From NCBI GenBank assembly GCA_964057225.1, contig CAXKVF010000101.1:7218-71217 (forward strand): a DNA stretch of 64,000 nucleotides. The letters run 5' to 3'. The translations under genes and the position numbers were made by a program. The notes beneath the pieces are model-generated. The model was given only the letters and a program-made list of their open reading frames with translations, ran no database searches and was not told where the DNA came from. This DNA comes from Auanema rhodensis. Taxonomy: Eukaryota > Animalia > Nematoda. Below, in pieces: positions 1-13,024 of the stretch (position 1 is its first letter; the number at the start of each line of letters is the position of its first letter).

Positions 1-39
1 TCCATATTAGTCTAAAAACAAATTTTTATTGATATTGGT

Positions 40-54
40 TCATGGTAACCATGA
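40..54. other. Dyad TCATGGT-A-ACCATGA (7-bp arms, contains BstEII site GGTNACC), repeated per monomer
   Basis: The reverse complement of TCATGGT (40-46) is ACCATGA (48-54). Arms shorten to 6 bp in T40G monomers. Confidence 0.95.
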
Positions 55-93
55 CTTTGAAATTTACGTGAACTTTAATTTATGCTAATTAAA

Positions 94-111
94 TGTACAC
101 GTGATGTGCAC
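94..111. other. Cluster of 6-bp palindromes TGTACA (94-99), CACGTG (98-103, E-box/G-box sequence), GTGCAC (106-111), repeated per monomer
   Basis: Read directly from TGTACACGTGATGTGCAC. Function not shown. Confidence 0.9.
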
Positions 112-127
112 TTGGTATGTAACTCGC

Positions 128-137
128 TTCACGTGAA
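128..137. other. Perfect 10-bp palindrome TTCACGTGAA (second CACGTG), with one-mismatch copy TTTACGTGAA at pos 63-72, repeated per monomer
   Basis: Read directly. Function not shown. Confidence 0.92.
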
Positions 138-3100
138 AGATAAAGAGATGCGGTTTTCAAAATTAGATTCCCCCTGTCCATATTAGTCTAAAAACAAATT
201 TTTATTGATATTGCTTCATGGTAACCATGACTTTGAAATTTACGTGAACTTTAATTTATGCTAATTAAATGTACACGTGATGTGCACTTGGTATGTAACT
301 CGCTTCACGTGAAAGATAAAGAGATGCGGTTTTCAAAATTAGATTCCCCATGTCCATATTAGTCTAAAAACAAATTTTTATTGATATTGCTTCATGGTAA
401 CCATGACTTTGAAATTTACGTGAACTTTAATTTATGCTAATTAAATGTACACGTGATGTGCACTTGGTATGTAACTCGCTTCACGTGAAAGATAAAGAGA
501 TGCGGTTTTCAAAATTAGATTCCCCATGTCCATATTAGTCTAAAAACAAATTTTTATTGATATTGGTTCATGGTAACCATGACTTTGAACTTTACGTGAA
601 CTTTAATTTATGCTAATTAAATGTACACGTGATGTGCACTTGGTATGTAACTCGCTTCACGTGAAAGATAAAGAGATGCGGTTTTCAAAATTAGATTCCC
701 CATGTCCATATTAGTCTAAATACAAATTTTTATTAATATTGGTGCATGGTAACCATGACTTTGAATTTTACGTGAACTTTAATTTATGCTAATTAAATGT
801 ACACGTGATGTGCACTTGGTATGTAACTCGCTTCACGTGAAAGATAAAGAGATGCGGTTTTCAAAATTAGATTCCCCATGTCCATATTAGTCTAAAAACA
901 AATTTTTATTGATATTTGTTCATGGTAACCATGACTTTGAAATTTACGTGAACTTTAATTTATGCTAATTAAATGTACACGTGATGTGCACTTGGTATGT
1001 AACTCGCTTCACGTGAAAGATAAAGAGATGCGGTTTTCAAAATTAGATTCCCCCTGTCCATATTAGTCTAAAAACAAATTTTTATTGATATTGCTTCATG
1101 GTAACCATGACTTTGAAATTTACGTGAACTTTAATTTATGCTAATTAAATGTACACGTGATGTGCACTTGGTATGTAACTCGCTTCACGTGAAAGATAAA
1201 GAGATGCGGTTTTCAAAATTAGATTCCCCATGTCCATATTAGTCTAAAAACAAATTTTTATTGATATTAGTTCATGGTAACCATGACTTTGAAATTTACG
1301 TGAACTTTAATTTATGCTAATTAAATGTACACGTGATGTGCACTTGGTATGTAACTCGCTTCACGTGAAAGATAAAGAGATGCGGTTTTCAAAATTAGAT
1401 TCCCCATGTCCATATTAGTCTAAAAACAAATTTTTATTGATATTGGTGCATGGTAACCATGACTTTGAATTTTACGTGAACTTTAATTTATGCTAATTAA
1501 ATGTACACGTGATGTGCACTTGGTATGTAACTCGCTTCACGTGAAAGATAAAGAGATGCGGTTTTCAAAATTAGATTCCCCATGTCCATATTAGTCTAAA
1601 AACAAATTTTTATTGATATTGCTTCATGGTAACCATGACTTTGAAATTTACGTGAACTTTAATTTATGCTAATTAAATGTACACGTGATGTGCACTTGGT
1701 ATGTAACTCGCTTCACGTGAAAGATAAAGAGATGCGGTTTTCAAAATTAGATTCCCCATGTCCATATTAGTCTAAAAACAAATTTTTATTGATATTGGTG
1801 CATGGTAACCATGACTTTGAAATTTACGTGAACTTTAATTTATGCTAATTAAATGTACACGTGATGTGCACTTGGTATGTAACTCGCTTCACGTGAAAGA
1901 TAAAGAGATGCGGTTTTCAAAATTAGATTCCCCATGTCCATATTAGTCTAAAAACAAATTTTTATTGATATTGGTGCATGGTAACCATGACTTTGAAATT
2001 AACGTGAACTTTAATTTATGCTAATTAAATGTACACGTGATGTGCACTTGGTATGTAACTCGCTTCACGTGAAAGATAAAGAGATGCGGTTTTCAAAATT
2101 AGATTCCTCATGTCCATATTAGTCTAAAAACAAATTTTCATTGATATTGGTGCATGGTAACCATGACTTTGAAATTTACGTGAACTTTAATTTATGCTAA
2201 TTAAATGTACACGTGATGTGCACTTGGTATGTAACTCGCTTCACGTGAAAGATAAAGAGATGCGGTTTTCAAAATTAGATTCCCCATGTCCATATTAGTC
2301 TAAAAACAAATTTTTATTGATATTGCTTCATGGTAACCATGACTTTGAAATTTACGTGAACTTTAATTTATGCTAATTAAATGTACACGTGATGTGCACT
2401 TGGTATGTAACTCGCTTCACGTGAAAGATAAAGAGATGCGGTTTTCAAAATTAGATTCCCCATGTCCATATTAGTCTAAAAACAAATTTTTATTGATATT
2501 GGTTCATGGTAACCATGACTTTGAAATTTACGTGAACTTTAATTTATGCTAATTAAATGTACACGTGATGTGCACTTGGTATGTAACTCGCTTCACGTGA
2601 AAGATAAAGAGATGCGGTTTTCAAAATTAGATTCCCTATGTCCATATTAGTCTAAAAACAAATTTTTATTGATATTGGTTCATGGTAACCATGACTTTGA
2701 AATTTACGTGAACTTTAATTTATGCTAATTAAATGTACACGTGATGTGCACTTGGTATGTAACTCGCTTCACGTGAAAGATAAAGAGATGCGGTTTTCAA
2801 AATTAGATTCCCCATGTCCATATTAGTCTAAAAACAAATTTTTATTGATATTGGTTCATGGTAACCATGACTTTGAAATTTACGTGAACTTTAATTTATG
2901 CTAATTAAATGTACACGTGATGTGCACTTGGTATGTAACTCGCTTCACGTGAAAGATAAAGAGATGCGGTTTTCAAAATTAGATTCCCCCTGTCCATATT
3001 AGTCTAAAAACAAATTTTTATTGATATTGCTTCATGGTAACCATGACTTTGAAATTTACGTGAACTTTAATTTATGCTAATTAAATGTACACGTGATGTG

Positions 3101-6100
3101 CACTTGGTATGTAACTCGCTTCACGTGAAAGATAAAGAGATGCGGTTTTCAAAATTAGATTCCCCATGTCCATATTAGTCTAAAAACAAATTTTTATTGA
3201 TATTGCTTCATGGTAACCATGACTTTGAAATTTACGTGAACTTTAATTTATGCTAATTAAATGTACACGTGATGTGCACTTGGTATGTAACTCGCTTCAC
3301 GTGAAAGATAAAGAGATGCGGTTTTCAAAATTAGATTCCCCATGTCCATATTAGTCTAAAAACAAATTTTTATTGATATTGGTTCATGGTAACCATGACT
3401 TTGAACTTTACGTGAACTTTAATTTATGCTAATTAAATGTACACGTGATGTGCACTTGGTATGTAACTCGCTTCACGTGAAAGATAAAGAGATGCGGTTT
3501 TCAAAATTAGATTCCCCATGTCCATATTAGTCTAAATACAAATTTTTATTAATATTGGTGCATGGTAACCATGACTTTGAATTTTACGTGAACTTTAATT
3601 TATGCTAATTAAATGTACACGTGATGTGCACTTGGTATGTAACTCGCTTCACGTGAAAGATAAAGAGATGCGGTTTTCAAAATTAGATTCCCCATGTCCA
3701 TATTAGTCTAAAAACAAATTTTTATTGATATTTGTTCATGGTAACCATGACTTTGAAATTTACGTGAACTTTAATTTATGCTAATTAAATGTACACGTGA
3801 TGTGCACTTGGTATGTAACTCGCTTCACGTGAAAGATAAAGAGATGCGGTTTTCAAAATTAGATTCCCCCTGTCCATATTAGTCTAAAAACAAATTTTTA
3901 TTGATATTGCTTCATGGTAACCATGACTTTGAAATTTACGTGAACTTTAATTTATGCTAATTAAATGTACACGTGATGTGCACTTGGTATGTAACTCGCT
4001 TCACGTGAAAGATAAAGAGATGCGGTTTTCAAAATTAGATTCCCCATGTCCATATTAGTCTAACAACAAATTTTTATTGATATTAGTTCATGGTAACCAT
4101 GACTTTGAAATTTACGTGAACTTTAATTTATGCTAATTAAATGTACACGTGATGTGCACTTGGTATGTAACTCGCTTCACGTGAAAGATAAAGAGATGCG
4201 GTTTTCAAAATTAGATTCCCCATGTCCATATTAGTCTAAAAACAAATTTTTATTGATATTGGTGCATGGTAACCATGACTTTGAATTTTACGTGAACTTT
4301 AATTTATGCTAATTAAATGTACACGTGATGTGCACTTGGTATGTAACTCGCTTCACGTGAAAGATAAAGAGATGCGGTTTTCAAAATTAGATTCCCCATG
4401 TCCATATTAGTCTAAAAACAAATTTTTATTGATATTGCTTCATGGTAACCATGACTTTGAAATTTACGTGAACTTTAATTTATGCTAATTAAATGTACAC
4501 GTGATGTGCACTTGGTATGTAACTCGCTTCACGTGAAAGATAAAGAGATGCGGTTTTCAAAATTAGATTCCCCATGTCCATATTAGTCTAAAAACAAATT
4601 TTTATTGATATTGCTTCATGGTAACCATGACTTTGAAATTTACGTGAACTTTAATTTATGCTAATTAAATGTACACGTGATGTGCACTTGGTATGTAACT
4701 CGCTTCACGTGAAAGATAAAGAGATGCGGTTTTCAAAATTAGATTCCCCATGTCCATATTAGTCTAAAAACAAATTTTTATTGATATTGGTGCATGGTAA
4801 CCATGACTTTGAAATTAACGTGAACTTTAATTTATGCTAATTAAATGTACACGTGATGTGCACTTGGTATGTAACTCGCTTCACGTGAAAGATAAAGAGA
4901 TGCGGTTTTCAAAATTAGATTCCTCATGTCCATATTAGTCTAAAAACAAATTTTCATTGATATTGGTGCATGGTAACCATGACTTTGAAATTTACGTGAA
5001 CTTTAATTTATGCTAATTAAATGTACACGTGATGTGCACTTGGTATGTAACTCGCTTCACGTGAAAGATAAAGAGATGCGGTTTTCAAAATTAGATTCCC
5101 CATGTCCATATTAGTCTAAAAACAAATTTTTATTGATATTGCTTCATGGTAACCATGACTTTGAAATTTACGTGAACTTTAATTTATGCTAATTAAATGT
5201 ACACGTGATGTGCACTTGGTATGTAACTCGCTTCACGTGAAAGATAAAGAGATGCGGTTTTCAAAATTAGATTCCCCATGTCCATATTAGTCTAAAAACA
5301 AATTTTTATTGATATTGCTTCATGGTAACCATGACTTTGAAATTTACGTGAACTTTAATTTATGCTAATTAAATGTACACGTGATGTGCACTTGGTATGT
5401 AACTCGCTTCACGTGAAAGATAAAGAGATGCGGTTTTCAAAATTAGATTCCCCATGTCCATATTAGTCTAAAAACAAATTTTTATTGATATTGCTTCATG
5501 GTAACCATGACTTTGAAATTTACGTGAACTTTAATTTATGCTAATTAAATGTACACGTGATGTGCACTTGGTATGTAACTCGCTTCACGTGAAAGATAAA
5601 GAGATGCGGTTTTCAAAATTAGATTCCCCATGTCCATATTAGTCTAAAAACAAATTTTTATTGATATTGGTGCATGGTAACCATGACTTTGAAATTTACG
5701 TGAACTTTAATTTATGCTAATTAAATGTACACGTGATGTGCACTTGGTATGTAACTCGCTTCACGTGAAAGATAAAGAGATGCGGTTTTCAAAATTAGAT
5801 TCCCCATGTCCATATTAGTCTAAAAACAAATTTTTATTGATATTGGTGCATGGTAACCATGACTTTGAAATTAACGTGAACTTTAATTTATGCTAATTAA
5901 ATGTACACGTGATGTGCACTTGGTATGTAACTCGCTTCACGTGAAAGATAAAGAGATGCGGTTTTCAAAATTAGATTCCTCATGTCCATATTAGTCTAAA
6001 AACAAATTTTCATTGATATTGGTGCATGGTAACCATGACTTTGAAATTTACGTGAACTTTAATTTATGCTAATTAAATGTACACGTGATGTGCACTTGGT

Positions 6101-9100
6101 ATGTAACTCGCTTCACGTGAAAGATAAAGAGATGCGGTTTTCAAAATTAGATTCCCCATGTCCATATTAGTCTAAAAACAAATTTTTATTGATATTGCTT
6201 CATGGTAACCATGACTTTGAAATTTACGTGAACTTTAATTTATGCTAATTAAATGTACACGTGATGTGCACTTGGTATGTAACTCGCTTCACGTGAAAGA
6301 TAAAGAGATGCGGTTTTCAAAATTAGATTCCCCATGTCCATATTAGTCTAAAAACAAATTTTTATTGATATTGCTTCATGGTAACCATGACTTTGAAATT
6401 TACGTGAACTTTAATTTATGCTAATTAAATGTACACGTGATGTGCACTTGGTATGTAACTCGCTTCACGTGAAAGATAAAGAGATGCGGTTTTCAAAATT
6501 AGATTCCCCATGTCCATATTAGTCTAAAAACAAATTTTTATTGATATTTGTTCATGGTAACCATGACTTTGAAATTTACGTGAACTTTAATTTATGCTAA
6601 TTAAATGTACACGTGATGTGCACTTGGTATGTAACTCGCTTCACGTGAAAGATAAAGAGATGCGGTTTTCAAAATTAGATTCCCCATGTCCATATTAGTC
6701 TAAAAACAAATTTTTATTGATATTGGTTCATGGTAACCATGACTTTGAACTTTACGTGAACTTTAATTTATGCTAATTAAATGTACACGTGATGTGCACT
6801 TGGTATGTAACTCGCTTCACGTGAAAGATAAAGAGATGCGGTTTTCAAAATTAGATTCCCCATGTCCATATTAGTCTAAAAACAAATTTTTATTAATATT
6901 GGTGCATGGTAACCATGACTTTGAATTTTACGTGAACTTTAATTTATGCTAATTAAATGTACACGTGATGTGCACTTGGTATGTAACTCGCTTCACGTGA
7001 AAGATAAAGAGATGCGGTTTTCAAAATTAGATTCCCCATGTCCATATTAGTCTAAAAACAAATTTTTATTGATATTGGTTCATGGTAACCATGACTTTGA
7101 AATTTACGTTAACTTTAATTTATGCTAATTAAATGTACACGTGATGTGCACTTGGTATGTAACTCGCTTCACGTGAAAGATAAAGAGATGCGGTTTTCAA
7201 AATTAGATTCCCCCTGTCCATATTAGTCTAAAAACAAATTTTTATTGATATTGCTTCATGGTAACCATGACTTTGAAATTTACGTGAACTTTAATTTATG
7301 CTAATTAAATGTACACGTGATGTGCACTTGGTATGTAACTCGCTTCACGTGAAAGATAAAGAGATGCGGTTTTCGAAATTAGATTCCCCATGTCCATATT
7401 AGTCTAAAAACAAATTTTTATTGATATTAGTTCATGGTAACCATGACTTTGAAATTTACGTGAACTTTAATTTATGCTAATTAAATGTACACGTGATGTG
7501 CACTTGGTATGTAACTCGCTTCACGTGAAAGATAAAGAGATGCGGTTTTCAAAATTAGATTCCCCATGTCCATATTAGTCTAAAAACAAATTTTTATTGA
7601 TATTGGTTCATGGTAACCATGACTTTGAATTTTACGTGAACTTTAATTTATGCTAATTAAATGTACACGTGATGTGCACTTGGTATGTAACTCGCTTCAC
7701 GTGAAAGATAAAGAGATGCGGTTTTCAAAATTAGATTCCCCATGTCCATATTAGTCTAAAAACAAATTTTTATTGATATTGGTGCATGGTAACCATGACT
7801 TTGAATTTTACGTGAACTTTAATTTATGCTAATTAAATGTACACGTGATGTGCACTTGGTATGTAACTCGCTTCACGTGAAAGATAAAGAGATGCGGTTT
7901 TCAAAATTAGATTCCCCATGTCCATATTAGTCTAAAAACAAATTTTTATTGATATTGCTTCATGGTAACCATGACTTTGAAATTTACGTGAACTTTAATT
8001 TATGCTAATTAAATGTACACGTGATGTGCACTTGGTATGTAACTCGCTTCACGTGAAAGATAAAGAGATGCGGTTTTCAAAATTAGATTCCCCATGTCCA
8101 TATTAGTCTAAAAACAAATTTTTATTGATATTGGTTCATGGTAACCATGACTTTGAATTTTACGTGAACTTTAATTTATGCTAATTAAATGTACACGTGA
8201 TGTGCACTTGGTATGTAACTCGCTTCACGTGAAAGATAAAGAGATGCGGTTTTCAAAATTAGATTCCCCATGTCCATATTAGTCTAAAAACAAATTTTTA
8301 TTGATATTGGTGCATGGTAACCATGACTTTGAATTTTACGTGAACTTTAATTTATGCTAATTAAATGTACACGTGATGTGCACTTGGTATGTAACTCGCT
8401 TCACGTGAAAGATAAAGAGATGCGGTTTTCAAAATTAGATTCCCCATGTCCATATTAGTCTAAAAACAAATTTTTATTGATATTGCTTCATGGTAACCAT
8501 GACTTTGAAATTTACGTGAACTTTAATTTATGCTAATTAAATGTACACGTGATGTGCACTTGGTATGTAACTCGCTTCACGTGAAAGATAAAGAGATGCG
8601 GTTTTCAAAATTAGATTCCCCATGTCCATATTAGTCTAAAAACAAATTTTTATTAATATTGGTGCATGGTAACCATGACTTTGAATTTTACGTGAACTTT
8701 AATTTATGCTAATTAAATGTACACGTGATGTGCACTTGGTATGTAACTCGCTTCACGTGAAAGATAAAGAGATGCGGTTTTCAAAATTAGATTCCCCATG
8801 TCCATATTAGTCTAAAAACAAATTTTTATTGATATTGGTTCATGGTAACCATGACTTTGAAATTTACGTGAACTTTAATTTATGCTAATTAAATGTACAC
8901 GTGATGTGCACTTGGTATGTAACTCGCTTCACGTGAAAGATAAAGAGATGCGGTTTTCAACATTAGATTCCCCCTGTCCATATTAGTCTAAAAACAAATT
9001 TTTATTGATATTGCTTCATGGTAACCATGACTTTGAAATTTACGTGAACTTTAATTTATGCTAATTAAATGTACACGTGATGTGCACTTGGTATGTAACT

Positions 9101-12100
9101 CGCTTCACGTGAAAGATAAAGAGATGCGGTTTTCAAAATTAGATTCCCCATGTCCATATTAGTCTAAAAACAAATTTTTATTGATATTGCTTCATGGTAA
9201 CCATGACTTTGAAATTTACGTGAACTTTAATTTATGCTAATTAAATGTACACGTGATGTGCACTTGGTATGTAACTCGCTTCACGTGAAAGATAAAGAGA
9301 TGCGGTTTTCAAAATTAGATTCCCCATGTCCATATTAGTCTAAAAACAAATTTTTATTGATATTGGTTCATGGTAACCATGACTTTGAACTTTACGTGAA
9401 CTTTAATTTATGCTAATTAAATGTACACGTGATGTGCACTTGGTATGTAACTCGCTTCACGTGAAAGATAAAGAGATGCGGTTTTCAAAATTAGATTCCC
9501 CATGTCCATATTAGTCTAAAAACAAATTTTTATTAATATTGGTGCATGGTAACCATGACTTTGAATTTTACGTGAACTTTAATTTATGCTAATTAAATGT
9601 ACACGTGATGTGCACTTGGTATGTAACTCGCTTCACGTGAAAGATAAAGAGATGCGGTTTTCAAAATTAGATTCCCCATGTCCATATTAGTCTAAAAACA
9701 AATTTTTATTGATATTGGTTCATGGTAACCATGACTTTGAAATTTACGTGAACTTTAATTTATGCTAATTAAATGTACACGTGATGTGCACTTGGTATGT
9801 AACTCGCTTCACGTGAAAGATAAAGAGATGCGGTTTTCAAAATTAGATTCCCCCTGTCCATATTAGTCTAAAAACAAATTTTTATTGATATTGCTTCATG
9901 GTAACCATGACTTTGAAATTTACGTGAACTTTAATTTATGCTAATTAAATGTACACGTGATGTGCACTTGGTATGTAACTCGCTTCACGTGAAAGATAAA
10001 GAGATGCGGTTTTCAAAATTAGATTCCCCATGTCCATATTAGTCTAAAAACAAATTTTTATTGATATTAGTTCATGGTAACCATGACTTTGAAATTTACG
10101 TGAACTTTAATTTATGCTAATTAAATGTACACGTGATGTGCACTTGGTATGTAACTCGCTTCACGTGAAAGATAAAGAGATGCGGTTTTCAAAATTAGAT
10201 TCCCCATGTCCATATTAGTCTAAAAACAAATTTTTATTGATATTAGTTCATGGTAACCATGACTTTGAAATTTACGTGAACTTTAATTTATGCTAATTAA
10301 ATGTACACGTGATGTGCACTTGGTATGTAACTCGCTTCACGTGAAAGATAAAGAGATGCGGTTTTCAAAATTAGATTCCCCATGTCCATATTAGTCTAAA
10401 AACAAATTTTTATTGATATTGGTGCATGGTAACCATGACTTTGAATTTTACGTGAACTTTAATTTATGCTAATTAAATGTACACGTGATGTGCACTTGGT
10501 ATGTAACTCGCTTCACGTGAAAGATAAAGAGATGCGGTTTTCAAAATTAGATTCCCCATGTCCATATTAGTCTAAAAACAAATTTTTATTGATATTGCTT
10601 CATGGTAACCATGACTTTGAAATTTACGTGAACTTTAATTTATGCTAATTAAATGTACACGTGATGTGCACTTGGTATGTAACTCGCTTCACGTGAAAGA
10701 TAAAGAGATGCGGTTTTCAAAATTAGATTCCCCATGTCCATATTAGTCTAAAAACAAATTTTTATTGATATTGGTGCATGGTAACCATGACTTTGAAATT
10801 TACGTGAACTTTAATTTATGCTAATTAAATGTACACGTGATGTGCACTTGGTATGTAACTCGCTTCACGTGAAAGATAAAGAGATGCGGTTTTCAAAATT
10901 AGATTCCCCATGTCCATATTAGTCTAAAAACAAATTTTTATTGATATTGGTGCATGGTAACCATGACTTTGAAATTAACGTGAACTTTAATTTATGCTAA
11001 TTAAATGTACACGTGATGTGCACTTGGTATGTAACTCGCTTCACGTGAAAGATAAAGAGATGCGGTTTTCAAAATTAGATTCCTCATGTCCATATTAGTC
11101 TAAAAACAAATTTTCATTGATATTGGTGCATGGTAACCATGACTTTGAAATTTACGTGAACTTTAATTTATGCTAATTAAATGTACACGTGATGTGCACT
11201 TGGTATGTAACTCGCTTCACGTGAAAGATAAAGAGATGCGGTTTTCAAAATTAGATTCCCCATGTCCATATTAGTCTAAAAACAAATTTTTATTGATATT
11301 GCTTCATGGTAACCATGACTTTGAAATTTACGTGAACTTTAATTTATGCTAATTAAATGTACACGTGATGTGCACTTGGTATGTAACTCGCTTCACGTGA
11401 AAGATAAAGAGATGCGGTTTTCAAAATTAGATTCCCCATGTCCATATTAGTCTAAAAACAAATTTTTATTGATATTGCTTCATGGTAACCATGACTTTGA
11501 AATTTACGTGAACTTTAATTTATGCTAATTAAATGTACACGTGATGTGCACTTGGTATGTAACTCGCTTCACGTGAAAGATAAAGAGATGCGGTTTTCAA
11601 AATTAGATTCCCCATGTCCATATTAGTCTAAAAACAAATTTTTATTGATATTGCTTCATGGTAACCATGACTTTGAAATTTACGTGAACTTTAATTTATG
11701 CTAATTAAATGTACACGTGATGTGCACTTGGTATGTAACTCGCTTCACGTGAAAGATAAAGAGATGCGGTTTTCAAAATTAGATTCCCCATGTCCATATT
11801 AGTCTAAAAACAAATTTTTATTGATATTGGTTCATGGTAACCATGACTTTGAACTTTACGTGAACTTTAATTTATGCTAATTAAAAGTACACGTGATGTG
11901 CACTTGGTATGTAACTCGCTTCACGTGAAAGATAAAGAGATGCGGTTTTCAAAATTAGATTCCCCATGTCCATATTAGTCTAAAAACAAATTTTTATTAA
12001 TATTGGTGCATGGTAACCATGACTTTGAATTTTACGTGAACTTTAATTTATGCTAATTAAATGTACACGTGATGTGCACTTGGTATGTAACTCGCTTCAC

Positions 12101-13024
12101 GTGAAAGATAAAGAGATGCGGTTTTCAAAATTAGATTCCCCATGTCCATATTAGTCTAAAAACAAATTTTTATTGATATTGGTTCATGGTAACCATGACT
12201 TTGAAATTTACGTGAACTTTAATTTATGCTAATTAAATGTACACGTGATGTGCACTTGGTATGTAACTCGCTTCACGTGAAAGATAAAGAGATGCGGTTT
12301 TCAAAATTAGATTCCCCCTGTCCATATTAGTCTAAAAACAAATTTTTATTGATATTGCTTCATGGTAACCATGACTTTGAAATTTACGTGAACTTTAATT
12401 TATGCTAATTAAATGTACACGTGATGTGCACTTGGTATGTAACTCGCTTCACGTGAAAGATAAAGAGATGCGGTTTTCAAAATTAGATTCCCCATGTCCA
12501 TATTAGTCTAAAAACAAATTTTTATTGATATTAGTTCATGGTAACCATGACTTTGAAATTTACGTGAACTTTAATTTATGCTAATTAAATGTACACGTGA
12601 TGTGCACTTGGTATGTAACTCGCTTCACGTGAAAGATAAAGAGATGCGGTTTTCAAAATTAGATTCCCCATGTCCATATTAGTCTAAAAACAAATTTTTA
12701 TTGATATTGGTTCATGGTAACCATGACTTTGAATTTTACGTGAACTTTAATTTATGCTAATTAAATGTACACGTGATGTGCACTTGGTATGTAACTCGCT
12801 TCACGTGAAAGATAAAGAGATGCGGTTTTCAAAATTAGATTCCCCATGTCCATATTAGTCTAAAAACAAATTTTTATTGATATTAGTTCATGGTAACCAT
12901 GACTTTGAAATTTACGTGAACTTTAATTTATGCTAATTAAATGTACACGTGATGTGCACTTGGTATGTAACTCGCTTCACGTGAAAGATAAAGAGATGCG
13001 GTTTTCAAAATTAGATTCCCCATG

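Larger units (their letters stand above)
1..176 (+). repeat. Representative monomer (176 bp; consensus has 56 G+C and 5 CpG at pos 67, 100, 125, 132, 151)
   Basis: Read directly. This copy carries the A174C variant relative to consensus. Confidence 0.98.
1..13024. repeat. Sub-family domain A (first block), marked by G38C, G37A, A174C, A62C
   Basis: ATTGCTTCATG, ATTAGTTCATG, TTCCCCCTG and TTGAACTTT variants are frequent; TTCACCATG (C171A) not seen. Confidence 0.85.

Noticed and set aside
36-55. RFX X-box-like site (CATGGTAAC half-site)
   Set aside because: Only the right half matches GTTNCCATGGNAAC. The left half does not match and is the most variable part of the monomer, so it is too weak to call.
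14-93. Strict 10-bp phased A-tracts (bent DNA)
   Set aside because: A/T tracts exist (14-27, 56-65, 74-81, 86-93), but by eye the spacing is not consistently 10-11 bp. A curvature calculation would be needed.
120-156. CENP-B box or primate alpha satellite identity
   Set aside because: The required TTCG...A..CGGG core is absent on both strands, the unit is 176 not 171 bp, and I see no alpha-satellite similarity.
1-176. Tandem 5S rRNA, tRNA, snRNA or spliced-leader gene array
   Set aside because: I see no recognisable 5S/tRNA/snRNA sequence, cloverleaf or convincing Pol III A/B/C boxes, and GC is only 32%. An Rfam/Infernal scan would be definitive.
1-176. Assignment to Brassica CentBr (176 bp) or Arabidopsis CEN178 on length alone
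   Set aside because: No AAGCTT (HindIII) site and no similarity I can recognise. Shared length is common among unrelated satellites.
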